Assembly (NCBI GenBank): GCA_965644315.1
Contig: CBFFRQ010000050.1
Location: 105,541-169,540 of the forward strand
Length of the DNA stretch: 64,000 nt
Direction of reading: 5' to 3'
From: Caecitellus pseudoparvulus
Lineage: Eukaryota > Protista > Bigyra: Bicosoecida
In this document: one piece after another, positions 31,541 through 44,369 of the stretch
Layout of the letters: every line of letters begins with the position of its first letter
Numbering within the stretch: the stretch's first letter is position 1
Translations under genes and position numbers: made by a program
The notes under the pieces: model-generated
Seen by the model: the letters and a program-made list of their open reading frames with translations, nothing else
Told to the model about the DNA's origin: nothing
The model's database searches: none

Positions 31541-33271
31541 ATGGCTGCTCTTTCGGCTGCCCCGCGTGCTCTGGCACGAGCGGCCAGAGGAGCCGCCCGC
31601 CTGCCGGGCAGCGGAAATCCCGCACGCATGTCAGCAGGCTCGGCGTGCGCCGCGTCCAAGCGGGCCCTGTCCATGTACGCCATCCCCCACGTGGAGTTCC
31701 TGCCCAATTCTGACACGAGTCAACGCGTTGTCTTCCGCGGGAGCGCGGGCAGGGAGGTGTCGCCCTGGCATGATGTGCCGGCTTTCGTGCCTGGCACGGC
31801 AGACGTGCACATGGTGGTCACGGCGCCCCGGGGCAAGCGGGAGGTGGTCGTGCCGGCGTACCACGAGGAGCTGAACCCTTTGAAGGTGTCCCTGGGCGCC
31901 AACGGCACCCCCGCCCTGCGCCCCCAGGCCCCTAGCTTCAACCTCGGCTTCATCCCCCAAACCTACTGCAGTGCCGTGGTGACTGGCATCGGCGCAGGGG
32001 GGCAGGGAGAGGTCAACGCGCCCCCCAGCACCGCGCCGTCCTACGCCGCCCTGGAGGTGCTGGACCTGTCCATGAGCCGCGCGTCAGTGGGGTCCATGGC
32101 CCCCCTGAAGGTGCTGGGCGCCTACGGCCTGCTGCAGGGCGGCACGGTGCGCTGGACTGTGCTGGGTGTGCGGGCGGACGACGGCCTGACCAGCCACCTT
32201 GCAGAGGTGCTGGAGGGCGGCGCCGCCCTGGACCCCGAGTCCGTGTCGGACCCCGTCGTCCGGCAGACGGTCTCCAACGCGCTCTTCTGGCTGCGGGACG
32301 CGGCAGTGGCGGAGTCCTCGACCGCAGTGGAAGAATTGGGGGGCGGCCTGCTGCCTCCTGCCGCCGCCTCCGCCCTCGTCTCCATCTTCCACAAGGCCTG
32401 GGCCAACTACGTGTTCAACCGTGAGGACACCAAGGCCCTGTTCGGGCTGGATGTCATGCGCCTGGCCTTCCCCGGGCCCTGGCGCCCGCATCCCGGGTGG
32501 ACACCGCCCACCTCGGCCGCCTGCACTGAGGAGCAGGCGGCCGTGTACGCCCCCGCTGTCCTGCCGCCACCGGATGCCTCAGCTTTCTACGCGTCGCCGC
32601 AGGACCCCGCCCTGCCGGCATTCGGCGACGTCACCACCAAGCCCGTGTTTGAGGGGGAGGCTGCCAACCTGGCTGTTTCCCAGGCGAGCCGAGGTGAAGG
32701 TGAGGGGGCTGCGCACACGGGTCTGGACCCCAGTGTGGTTCGCGCGGCAGAGGCAGCGGCTGCTGACGCTGACGCTGCTCGGGTGGGGGTCAAGGTGCCC
32801 GGCGCCGCCCCCGCCCAGCCAGTGGATGTGCCGGTGGAGGAGGGTGACGACACCTTCACCGTGCTAGAGGTGACCGACCCAGACGCTGACATCGCGGCGG
32901 ACGCCTCGGGTGACGGCTCTGCCGCAGTGCGCACCGGCTTGGACCTGCACACGGCCAGCTTGGAGGAGGTCGTCGCCGCCTGTGGGGGGGACACCGACCT
33001 CGCCACCGCCATGCTGGCCACACAGCAAGCCCAGCTCATCCAGGCAGGCAACGCGGCGGCTGCTGCCGAGCTGCCTGCCATGGCCGCAGCTGTCGCAGAG
33101 CTCAAGGCAGCCCGCAGCAAGCGTGCAGCGGCGCAGGCCCAGCCCGACCTGGAGGCATCCATGCGCGCCCTGTACTCTGGCGGCAGGGCAGCTCCCCAAC
33201 GCCACCAGGGAGACAAGGCCCAGGGCAAGGGGCACCAGGGCAAGGCAAAGGCCGGCGCGGCCAAGAAGTAG
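31541..33271 (+). CDS. Family I inorganic pyrophosphatase-like protein, catalytically degenerate, with a mitochondrial-type presequence and C-terminal extension
   Basis: VSPWHDVP, HMVVTAPRG, EELNPLK, FNLGFIPQTY, LKVLGAYGLL..G...W and HKAW match the sPPase scaffold, but the DxDPxD, DEGETDWK and YK motifs are absent. Confidence 0.78.
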   Translation: MAALSAAPRALARAARGAARLPGSGNPARMSAGSACAASKRALSMYAIPHVEFLPNSDTSQRVVFRGSAGREVSPWHDVPAFVPGTADVHMVVTAPRGKREVVVPAYHEELNPLKVSLGANGTPALRPQAPSFNLGFIPQTYCSAVVTGIGAGGQGEVNAPPSTAPSYAALEVLDLSMSRASVGSMAPLKVLGAYGLLQGGTVRWTVLGVRADDGLTSHLAEVLEGGAALDPESVSDPVVRQTVSNALFWLRDAAVAESSTAVEELGGGLLPPAAASALVSIFHKAWANYVFNREDTKALFGLDVMRLAFPGPWRPHPGWTPPTSAACTEEQAAVYAPAVLPPPDASAFYASPQDPALPAFGDVTTKPVFEGEAANLAVSQASRGEGEGAAHTGLDPSVVRAAEAAAADADAARVGVKVPGAAPAQPVDVPVEEGDDTFTVLEVTDPDADIAADASGDGSAAVRTGLDLHTASLEEVVAACGGDTDLATAMLATQQAQLIQAGNAAAAAELPAMAAAVAELKAARSKRAAAQAQPDLEASMRALYSGGRAAPQRHQGDKAQGKGHQGKAKAGAAKK

Positions 33272-33322
33272 GGTGCGTGTGCAATGCATTGGCGCCGCAG
33301 GTGCTTCGTGGCGCCCCGCGCC

Positions 33323-36300
33323 TCACTCAGCGCCCTTCACGCCGTCCGCCCAGCGCACCGTTCTGGGAAGTGACGCTGCACTGGGGGTGCCGGGCACTGG
33401 GGGTGGGGAGCGCTGTGGTGACTTGCGCATGTGCGACAGAGCAGTCATGGCCAGCGCTGCGGGCCTCAGGCGCAAGGGGCTGGGCCAAGCCTTCGCGCTG
33501 CCACTGGAGGAGGACACGCGCGAAGAAGGCGGGGCAGAGAAGCAGGCAGGGTCTGAGGAGGCCCCCTGACCCGGCTGAGTGGGGGACGTTGGCAGCGACG
33601 CCGACTGGCCCGCGGGCCTTGCCTGAGTTGGGGCAGGCGCTGGCAAAAGCACTGGCGCGGTGCAAGTGGCGGGGCTGGGCGGGGAGCGGCAGGCCTCTGG
33701 CTCCTCTGCATCGCGTGTGGCGGCGTCGACGCCCCCCAGAGCGGCGTCGACGGCCGCAGTTGCAGTGGCTGCGGCAACCTCGGCAACGACCTTCCTCCGT
33801 GCAGCACCCAGGTGCAATTGCAGCCGTCCGAAGTGCTGCACGCGGAGCTGAGCAGAGTGCAGTTCCCGCTCACGAAGTTCCAGCGCAGCTCGTTGGGTCC
33901 CCAGGGATCGCTGAGCATGAGCTATGGACGCTGCGCTCGCCTTGCTGGCCTCCTCAGCGAGCAGCAGGTGCCCCTCCCGCTCCTCCAGCCTGGCTCGCAA
34001 GCACTCGGACTGCTGCGCCATTCGCTGCAGACTTGCCTGGCGGAGCTCCATGCGTAGTTCCAGGCGGGCAAGCTCCTTCCGTGCCGTTTTAGTCCGCTGC
34101 TCTGCTTTGAAGGCGCGCTGGACGTGAGCGGCGGCTTGTGCGACAAAAGCCCGCAGCTGTTCCTCCTTGGTGTTGACGCGCTGCAACTTCTCCGTCGCCA
34201 GCACCTCCCGCCGCCTCGCACGGATGCGGCTGACTTCTGCGACGATTTCTCGCGACAACACGGCGCCGTCCAGCGTCGCGTGTGGGCTGGCGAGGGCATC
34301 GTGCTGCCTGGAGGTGGAGCCCAAGCTCCTGGGCGAGGCGCCGACCACGCTGCTGCTGCAATGCACGCTTTCCGCCGAGGCAGGCCCCACCCTTGAAGAG
34401 AGCAGGGCCGATCCCTGCTCCAAGATGGCAACCTGGCCCTTTAGTTGGACGGCCTGCTCTTCAGAAAGCTCTGCGCGGCTTGTCAAGGCTGACTCTCTGG
34501 CTTGCAGCGCACTGATTCGCTCGCCAGCCTGCGCTAACTCTTCTCGAAGGGACGCTTCCAGGCTGTCGGCTGCAGCTGAAGTTGACTGCAGCTTGGCTTT
34601 GAGCGTGTCAATGCTCTCCTTGTCCGCGCGATTCGCTTCCAGAGCAGCCTGCAGGCGGTCTTGCAGCGCAGCGAGCTCTGTGTCGTGCATGCGCTGCAGT
34701 TCCCCCCGTTGCTGCTCGAGGCGCTCCTCTGCGCTCTTCAGTTCGCTTGTGCGGACCTCATTCACAGCCGATTCAAGCTGGGCTGCATGGGTTGCTTCCG
34801 CTTTCCTCAGCTCGTTGGCCGTCGCCTCCCTCAATCGCTGCATGTCTTGTGTCAATGCCTCGAGCTGCCCCTTGAGGGGGCGCAGGGCAGCTAGCTCTCC
34901 GTCCCCTTCATCTAGGATTTCGTCCAGCTCTGTAACCTTCAGCTCTGCGGCGTGCAGTTTCTGCTTCAGCGTATGGTGCTCCTGGGCTTGCTGGGCGAGG
35001 TGGCGCTGGAGCTCCTCCACCCTCCCTTGCTCAGCAGCTATGGCTGCAGCACACTCGTCTCGCACACGCTGGACCTGCTGCTTCGTGGCCAGTGAGCTTT
35101 GCCGTCTGATGCCGGATTCCGCCTCCTGCCACGCTGCTTCCCTCGCCTTCATCTCGGCGGCGTGGCTGGACGCGGCCGCCTGCACGTGGCCTGCCGCGTC
35201 TCGCATGCGAACATGCAGGGCGTGAAACCCGCGCCGCACTCCTTCCATGGCCAGTGCCCACACATCGGACATGGCCTGGGTGAGGGCTGGGGTGCTCATG
35301 CACCCTGCTGGCAACTCCGGCATGTCCCCTGCCACGGCAGAAGGAATCGCAGGCTGGGGGGAGCGGGAGGCTGCACGCGGCGACTGGGCAGCGCCCATCA
35401 ACGCCTCGGCTTGAAGGAACGCTGCATCCAAGAGCCTCAAGATGTCGCTGCGAGTCTGGCGTGCGAGTTTCTTCTGTGTGTCCTGCAGCACTTGCGAGGC
35501 CTGTCCCTGCTGGGCAGTGGTGCTGGATGCCGCCAGCTGCGAACGCTGCAATTCTGCAGTCGCCTTGTCCAAGCGCTGCTGCGTTTGCTCCAGGCGACTG
35601 CGAAGGCGAGCAAGCTGAAACTCCTCATCCATGCGGTTACTTGCTTGTTGAGTAGCCTCAGCCGCCAAAGGAGGCTGCTGTTCAGCCTGCGCACCGTCGC
35701 CACCAATGGGCTCGTCAGCCAAGGTCTCCAGCGCTGATAAGGTGTGCCCGGGCTCAAGCGGGGCCGGGCGAGGGGCACTGCCAGAGAGCGGGGAGCCCTT
35801 GTCTGTGGTCTGCTCAGCCTGGGGGACGGCCTGGCGAGACGTCGTTGAAGGTGCGGCGGACTCTCGTGATTGGGCGTCGAGCAAGCCCTGCAGCGCGGCT
35901 TTCTCGTCAGCCATGCGGTGCATGGTTTCCTTCATGCGGGATGCGACGCTCTTGAAGCGCTCTGCCTCCTCGCGAAACGCCGAGATCATGCGCTCGCGCT
36001 CAGCCGTGTACTTCGCCATGGCCGTCGCTGCTTGCTCTTGCACCTCCTCAGCGCGCAGGCGGTGCTCGTGCATGGCGTCGACTGCCACCACCAGCTCCTC
36101 TTCCAGTGCAGCCACTCTGGCCTTGAGGGAACTGTTTTCATCCTTGATGGGCCCGATGGTTCCCAGCAGGTGCTTGATGTGGTGGATGGCGTCTTGGTGG
36201 GCTAGCTTTGCGCTCTCCAGTGCATGACTCAGCTCCGGCGCAGGTGACGGGTTGTGTTGGTGGTGAGAGTCCGTGGGACGGGTGGGGCTGGCAAGCTTAA

Positions 36301-36530
36301 TAATTGCTGCCTTGCTTGGTCCCTGGCCCACTTGCTCGCGCACGGCGGCTTCCTGTGACAAACACGGCGGCGAACTCAATGCCTCACAGCCAGTTGACCC
36401 GTTGCGGAAGTTGGCCTGGCAACTGCTGGCGCCGCACGCGTACCCGTGCTTGCATGCGCGCATGAAAGTCTGCTATGAACTTCGTCTGCGGGTTGGTGCT
36501 GCTGTCATGCGTTTCTGTGGCATCTGACAT
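33323..36530 (-). CDS. Long coiled-coil protein, paralog A
   Basis: ORF of over 1000 aa rich in heptads. Exon 1 MSDATE..FIADFHARMQAR (ATG 36530); intron 36443-36353. Confidence 0.8.
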
Positions 36531-36720
36531 GGCGGCCTGTGCTCCCACAGGCTGCTTAGATTGGGTGGGATACCTGCGTTGCACCCAGCGCCGGGGTGCG
36601 GCACGCCCGAAGACCAACGCTACGCTGGTGAGCGCCCGTAAAGGCTGGGAAGTGCGTACCTTGCATGTTGCATTGTGACAGTGGACACGTTGCCCATTGC
36701 AGCGGACGGAGGGGGGGGCC

Positions 36721-38045
36721 TTAGACGTGCACATTGCCAGCCTTCACAAGCTCCAAGTCGGAGGTGACCATCTCCTCCACCATGGTGGCCAGGTCCGTCT
36801 TGGCAGTCCACCCCAGCTTCTCCGCGGCCTTCTTGGGCTCTCCCACCAGCAGGTCCACCTCGGTGGGTCGGTAGTACCGGGGGTCCACCCTCACCACCAC
36901 CTCCTCCGTGCCGTCCTCCTTGGTGATGTAGCCCTCCTCGTCCTCCGCCTCCCCGCGCCACTGCACCTTCTTGCCCACGACGTTGAAGGCCATCTCCACG
37001 AACGTGCGCACCTCGTACGTCTTGCCCGTGGCCAGGACGAAGTCATCGGGGGTGTCCTGCTGCAGCATGAGCCACATGCCCTCGATGTAGTCGCGGGCGT
37101 GGCCCCAGTCGCGCTTGGCGTTCATGTTGCCCAGGTACAGGCACTTCTGCTTGCCCAGCTCAATGTTGGCGACGGCGCGGGTGATCTTGCGCGTGACGAA
37201 GGTGGGCCCGCGGCGAGGGGACTCGTGGTTGAACAGGATGCCGTTGCAGGCGTACATGTCGTACGCCTCGCGGTAGTTGATGACCTGCCAGTACGCGTAC
37301 TGCTTCGCGACGGCGTAGGGGGAGCGGGGGTAGAAGGGCGTCGTCTCGCTCTGGGGCACCTCCTGCACCTTCCCGAACAGCTCCGATGTGGAGGCCTGGT
37401 AGAAGCGGCAGGAGTCCGTGAGGCCCACGGCGCGGATGGCGTTGAGCAGGCGCAGGCACCCCAGCGCGTCCACGTCGGCGGTGTACTCGGACATCTCGAA
37501 GGACACCTTCACGTGGGACTGGGCGGCCAGGTTGTACACTTCAGTGGGGCGAATCTCCGCCATGAGGCTGGTGAGGTTGCTGCTGTCGGTGAGGTCGCCG
37601 TAGTGCAGGAAGAACTTCAAGCCAGTGGTGTGGCGGTCCCGGTACAGGTGGTCGATGCGGCCAGTGTTGAAGCTGGAGGAGCGGCGCACGATGCCGTGCA
37701 CCTCGTAGCCCTGAGCAGGCGAGCGGCCGGGCCGTGAGACGGTGCCAAACGCAAGCAGTCCCGACGACACACGAGGCGAGCGTGCTGCATCGCTGACGCA
37801 CCTTTTCCAGAAGGAACTCGGCCAAGTAGGAACCATCCTGACCAGTGATACCCTGAGCAGTGCAAAGTGGGGGAAGGGGGGGGGTGCAGCGGCTTCAAGG
37901 CGCGCGCCCGAAAAGTGCCGCGGGTGGCTGTGGTTGGCGCACGCACTGTCACGAGGGCAACCTTGCGCGCCACGACGGGGGTCTCGCCAGAGCTCACAGC
38001 CGAGGCTGCCGCAGCAGCACTGGCATCAGGGGCGGTGGCAGCCAT
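36721..38045 (-). CDS. GMD: GDP-mannose 4,6-dehydratase; 3 exons
   Basis: KVALVT|[17 protein letters not shown]|[62 protein letters not shown]. Both donors are GTGCGT. Confidence 0.97.
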
Positions 38046-38367
38046 GGTGTCTGTAAAGGGGGCGGCCGAGGGGGGACACGTGGGCTGCAGGCACCAAGCG
38101 CGCAGCTGCGCCAAATTCCGCCCTGCACCGAGCAAGCCCTCACCGTTCGGGGAACCTGGGAAGCCACGGTGCAGGGGAGGGTGTGCCTGTTTGAAGGAAG
38201 GGTGTTGAACTTGGGGTGGAAAAGTGAATCGGCGGGTGGGCTGCGCGGAATTGCCGTGCACGGCAGGGAATGGGCGCACGTGGCGAAGTTGTTGCACAGC
38301 TGCATTCGCACGGCACACAGGTTGGGGGACACAGCAGCCAGGGTGGGGCGCCTGGAGTAGTTACACT

Positions 38368-41236
38368 TCACTGCCCCTGTGCGGGGGAAGCCCGCCGACG
38401 CCCCACGGCCGCGGAAGGCAAGCCACCGCGCGCTGGCGTGCGCGGACTCGCAGCTGACGGGGACAGCACCGCGTCCCAGGCAGCCTGACGGTGGCCTTCC
38501 GGCGTGGAATCCGGCGTCGGCGGCGCAGCATGCGGCGTTGTCTTGCTTTCATGCACTTGCATGGAGTGGTGCGCCGCGTACGGCGACGGCGGCGCCGTCG
38601 TGCGCGGAGCATGCGCCGCCAGCGGCTTGCCGTGCAACGCCAGGGGCGCATCACTGGTCAGTGTGGCGTGCCCACGCAGCTCGGCCGAGACACCTTGGTG
38701 CACTTCGTGCCCCAGGGCATCCCCCAAAATGGCCTCTGAGCGCTCTTTCACCTCCAGGCGTGCGCTGAGCACGGACACCTTGGCTTGCAGCTGGCGCAGC
38801 TGGGCGGTTACAGACGTGGCGGCCTGCAGGGCATCGTGTGACACCGCCCCGCTGTCCTGTGCGCGCTGCAGCTCCGCCAACAACTGCGCGGTGGGGTGCC
38901 TCTGCACTGCCTCGCCTGCTGCGTCAGCTGTGCCGGTGGCGGTGCTCGCTGGCCCGGCGCCGCCCGTGCCTTGGCCCGTGGTGGCCTTCATGGCTTCCGA
39001 GTGCAACTGGCTGCGGATGTGGCCCACCTGCTCCGTCAGGGCGTCCACCTGCTTCATGAGGCGCCCCTCACGCACCTCCAGCTGCCGTGCGTAGTGCAGC
39101 AGGGCATTGCGCTCGCCTCTGAGCTGGGCTGGGCCGGGGTCGCCGGAGACGTCCAGCTCCCCGCCGACGTCGCTGTCCAACCCACGTGAACCACTGTCCA
39201 GGAGGTGCTGGTGGTTCTTAGCCATCTCCGACGTCAGCAAGAGAGGGTCCAGCTGCGCCTGGGCATCCTGCAGCTGCCGCTCCACCTCCCCCTCCCGCGT
39301 GAGGGACTGCTTCAGCTGGTCCCGCAGCACTGCCACGGCGCTCTTGCTCTGGGCCAGGAGCAGGCGCAGCACCACCACCGTGCGCTGCGCCTTGTCCAGC
39401 TCGCCCTCCACGTCCACCCGCCGCATGTCCCGAGTGCGCCCAGTGCCGCGGGTGGACGCGGCGCCCTGGCTGCGCACTTGCCCCAGCAGGCCAGAGGCCA
39501 CCGCCGGGCCGCGGTGCGTCGCTGACGCGGCGGAGGCAGCCGTGGCCATGGCTTGCCCCGTCGCCAGGGCGCTGTCGAAGATGGGTGCCGCGGCGGAGTG
39601 AGCGAGGGGTTTGGGCAGGGGCGTCTCGTCCCCCTCCCGCGTCACCTCCACGGAGTGCACGTCGTCCAGGGACGGGTCCTGCAGCAGGGAGCCGTACAGG
39701 GCCACGTCAATGCACTCCACGTTGCCGCTGCTGCGGGCCTGCGCCACGCCCTCTGCCATGGCCTGCACCAGGCTCAGCTGAGCAGGGTGGTGCAGTGTGG
39801 CGGCTTCCCCGGGCTTGAAGCCGTTGGTCAGCTGCCGGCGCTTGATGCGCTGCAGGAGGGAGTCGTCCTCCCCCGACGCCACCAGCATGAACTCCCCCTG
39901 CAGGGACTTCAGGTGGTCCTTCAGCTCCTGCACCTGCTTCTCCGCCTCCTCTGCCCGTGTCAGGGCGGCCGCCAGGGCGGTCTGCTTCTCGTCCCACATC
40001 AGCCGCATGGCGGGTGGCATGGCCAGCAGCAGCGTCTCCAGGTCCAGCTCGTGCATGCCGCCGCCGCCCAGGCGCTGCCCCCCCATCACGGACAGCACAC
40101 TGCGGCCCCCCTCGCTGCGCCCACCTGCCGTGGAGGCCCCCCCCGTGCGCCCCCCTGACGAGGCACGGGAGGTGGACGCCGCCGAGCTGTGCATGCGGCG
40201 CCCGGGGATGTGCACGTGCTCCTCCCCGAACATCTCAAAGGGCAGCTCCTTGCCCCCCGCCAGGCGCACGATGCGCTGCTTCAGCGTGACGATCTGGGCC
40301 TTGCTGTCCCGCAGCGCAGACCGCGCCGCCTCTGCCTCGCACCGCATGTTCTCCCGCTCCCCGCTCATGTGCTCCAGCTCCTGCGCCAGCTTGGACTTCT
40401 CCTGGGCCAGGCGGCGCATGGTGGCCTCCATGGTGGCGGCGGCGCGCTTGAATGCGCCGGACTCCGCCTTGAACGCCCCCACCATCTCCTTGCGCTGGCT
40501 CTCCTGGACCAGGGTGGCGGCGGCCGCCTCCCCCTGCAGCTTCTCGTAGGCGGACTGCGCTGAGGCGGACTGCTCCGCCACCTCTGCTGCCGCCGCCTTC
40601 AGCTTCTGCACCTGCTCCTTCAGACCCGCGTTCTCTTCGGACAGGGCCCCCACGGTGGCCAGCAGGTCCTTGATGTGTCCCTTGGCGTCCACCTGCGCCT
40701 GCCGTGCCTCGTGCAGGGCAATGACGAGGGACTGCTCGTCACCGGGGGCAGGAGCTGCCGTGTCGGCCGGGGGGCTGCTGCTGTGCTGGTGCTGGTGCGC
40801 CAGCGGCGAGGCGCCAGGTGGGGCCGGTGGCGATCGGGCTGGCACGCCCGAAGCACTGCCGCTGGCACCCTGGCCATCGGACGAGGGGGCGTTCTGATGG
40901 CGCCAGTCGTCACGCGCGTGGGCCTCGTGGCGTGCCCCGCCATCCCACGACGAGGGGGGCGGTGGCGGCGCCGCTTGCTCAGAAGGCGTCGCGTGCGACC
41001 CTCGCGCACTTTCCGCCCCGGAAGAAGCTGACGCAGGGCGCTGCGGCGCCCCCGCCGGACTGAGCACTTGCGAAGGGCCGAGCAATGCTGATTCCTGCAA
41101 GTTTGAGTGATTGGCGGGGTGTGGCGGGCGGCGGGGGACTGGCAAGCACCGTCGGCGAGTGGCGCACCTTCTCGTGCAAGCGCGCCTGAAACCTGGCCAG
41201 GAAGTCTGTGCGAGGAGGCCCGCCTTGCGCAGACAT
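38368..41236 (-). CDS. Long coiled-coil protein, paralog B
   Basis: 925-aa ORF. Exon 1 MSAQGG..FLARFQARLHEK (ATG 41236); intron 41167-41095. Shares an N-terminal coiled-coil block with 33323..36530. Confidence 0.8.
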
Positions 41237-41766
41237 CGTGATGCTTGAGCTGTTGTGCTGGTGGTCGCGGGGGAGGGCTGCTATGCCGCGTCCTTGCCGG
41301 GATCGTGCTCAGCGGGAGCGAGACTCGCGCCTGCCGTTGCAGCACTGCAAGCGTGCAAGGCCGCGCGGGCCAACTGCAGTGGGCGGAGCAGCTGCGCCCG
41401 AGGCTGGCGACTGCAAGGGCGGAAAGTAAATGCTGGTGGTCGGGCTTGGCTTGCCATTCGTGTTTTGACTGCCAGTCTGTGTGGACAGCTGCCGCGGCGA
41501 GGTCCGCCGCTCAGTTCACACACACGGGAGACTGGTCGAATGGCTGTCGTGAGCCGGCAGGCAGTGCGCGCATAAAGGAGAGTGCAGCTAAATCCCTCTT
41601 TATACCGTTGTGGCGCTGAGTTCGCTGGGCCTCTGCGAGGTTCGTGACCTTTGTCCAGCACCAGGAATCGAAGCAGAAGCCAGCGCTGTGACGGCCAGCG
41701 CCTTTGAATGCCCGAGACGCAGGACCCGGAGCGCTCCCTTCCTACAGCTCAAGCAGACGAGCCACA

Positions 41767-44233
41767 ATGAATCGGGAAATTCTTACCCTGCAGTTTGGGT
41801 CGTACAGCAACTTTGTGGGGGCGCACTTCTGGAACTTTCAGGTGGGGCTCGCTGCGGAAATCGATGCTGCTTTCCGCACCTGCACTGGCCCCCCCGCACA
41901 CGCTGCCCAACAGGACGAGTACTTTGGCGCACACGACAGCCTGGACGATCCCAGTCTTGTCTTGAATTGGAGGGCCACTCACTTCACCGGAAGGCATGAG
42001 AATGTGGGTGCCCTTGCGCCTGCACCGCTCAGTGCGTCGGCCCGCCACGTTTGCTCGACTCCTTGCGCAGGGCCAAGAGTACTTCTGCCCGCGCCTCATG
42101 GCTGTGGATGTCCCGGAGGCCATGGGAGGCATGCGTGCCTCAGGCCAGCTGTTCCTGCCCCGTGGAGCGGCAGCTGAAAGCGAGTCGGAACCCGCCTCCA
42201 CATGGGGCGGCGAGGTGGCTGCCTACCACACTGCGCCGCAGGAGCCATCAGCCCTGTCCACGTACTTGGCGCAGGATCAGGACGAAGCGGAGGCGAAGTA
42301 TGCTGCCGCCTTTGCCTCCTTGGACGCCGGCGGTGGGGCTGCAGTTGCCGCTCCGCCCGCCGTGCCAGAGGCCACCCCACCCCAAGATGACGACTTGGGC
42401 CTGGATGCCACGGCACGCGTATGGAGCGATGCCATGAAGGCATCTCTGCACCATCGCAGTGTGCGCGCCGTGCCCAGCGGGGCCGGCGTGGGCAGCGGCA
42501 TGGCGCGGGGCGGGCTGGACACGGCAGCCCAAGGCACGGCGCTGTGGGAGGCTACCCGGAACACGGAACAGGGCGAGGACCTCGCCGACACCTTCCGACA
42601 CTGGCTGGAGGCGTCCGATGCACTCTCCGGCCTGCATGTCCTGGCAGACGCAGACGGAGGCTGGGGGGGGTTCGCAGGTGGTTTCCTGGAGGAGGTCGTA
42701 CGGTGCGAGTGCCCCAAGCTACCCCTGCTGGCTGTGCCCATCACACGGCCATGGGACGCCCGGGAGGCGGGCGCTGCATCCGCGTACTCCGCTGTCGCTG
42801 CCACGCACGCGCCTCGCCAGATGCGGCAGGCTGAGGTGGGCGCCTCCCCCGCCGACCTCGCCGCCCTGCGTGACCTGTCCATCGCCCACACCCTGCACGG
42901 CATGCTGGGCGTGGCGGACATGGTGGTGCCTCTGGGCCTGGAGGGGCTGGCCGCCCTGGCCAGCGTCCGCCGCGCAGTGCTGGGGAAGGACGGCGGCGGG
43001 TACTCCAAGCTGGCCCTCGGCGCGACGGTTGGCGTGGACACCTGGTTCCCAGCCCTGGGCGGGGACATCCCCCTGTTCAACCCGTACCACTCCTCGGCGC
43101 TGCTGGCGGCAGGGCTGGACCTCGCTACGCTGCCCCACAGACGCAAGCCTGGCGCCACCCCCCCCAGCCAGGCGCCAGGGGGTGCGGGGGGGGGTCCAGA
43201 CCTCCGCATGATGGATTCCTCCACCCTCGCCGCCGCGGCAGCTGACGCCCGTGCTGGTCACGCCAAGCCCACCGCCAGCGGCGCCACCGGTCCCGCCCTC
43301 ATCCCCACTCTGCCGCCCCGGTCCGGCCTCCGCGACACCCTCGCCGCCCTCAGCCCCACACCCAGCCACCGTCTCGCGGGCATCGCCCTCGCACTGCCCT
43401 TCCCACACCCTGCAGCGGCGCCGGATGCCTTGGCAGCCCGTCTGCAGGGAGGGGGCGCTCTGGGTGGCGGCGGGCTCACCAGCATCTCTTCCCTGGCCCT
43501 GGCCGCCACCAGCACGGCGGGGCGCCTGCCAACCCCCCGCAAACCTGCCGTCGGCCAGGCAGCCCCCGCCACCACGCCTGCGGGGCAGTACCTCGTCCTG
43601 CGCAGTGACGCGGCAGGAGCGCCCGGCACCGACGCTGTCCTGCAGGGCGTCCTGGCGGACCACGGCGGCCTGCGGGCTGGTGCGCGGGCAGCCGCCTGCT
43701 CTGTGCCGTTGGCCCTGCCCTTGCCGATCACGTTCCCGCGGCAGCTGTTCCAGCGCCAGGAGCAGGGGGAGGGCTTGACGCGCACGGAGGCGTGCCCCGT
43801 GTTGCGTTACACCCGCGATGGTGGGGTCGTGCAGATGGTGAGCGGAAAGCCAGAACGCGTGGTGTTCGGGCAGGCCTGGGGCGCCGGCGGGCAGCGTGTG
43901 GCCGGCTCGCCTGTGGCGTGGGAGGCGGACCCCCTGTCCCTGGATGCCGCCCTGCCGGACATGCCCTTCACCGTGGCGGCCCTGGCACACGTGAGCACGG
44001 CACCCAGCTTGCAGGGCCCTGTGCGGTCCCTGGGCGAGTGTGCCGCCCGCAGTCAGCTGGGCCAGCATGCAGCCTCCTCTGCTGCTGCAGCCAAGGCGGG
44101 GGGACGCTTCGCCGCACTGGGCTCGGACCTGGCTGGCGTGGCGGAGGAGCTGCTGGCAGCTGCTGAGGTCTTGGCGGCTGGGCACTCGCTCGGAGCACCT
44201 CACTTTGGCGACAGTGACAGCGACAGCGATTGA
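41767..44233 (+). CDS. MSTO1: Misato/DML1 tubulin-like protein; 3 exons
   Basis: MNREILTLQFGSYSNFVGAHFWNFQ, EYFCPRLMAVD, RVWSD..LHHRS, RHWLEASDALSGLHVLADADGGWGGFA, YHSSALLAAGLD. Confidence 0.9.
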
Positions 44234-44369
44234 GGGGGAGGGAGCGTGGAAGAATGGAGGAGTGGTCCCAGCAACACGGCCCGCGCCACACAATGTACTT
44301 GAGTCGCAGGACGTAAACCGGACCATGTCTTGGCCCTTTTGACTTTACTTGTTTTAACTTCTTGCCGCC

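Noticed and set aside
9673-38045. Glycosylation gene cluster (sulfotransferase, TMEM258, GDT1, GMD)
   Set aside because: The genes are spread over 28 kb among unrelated housekeeping genes; chance co-location is sufficient.
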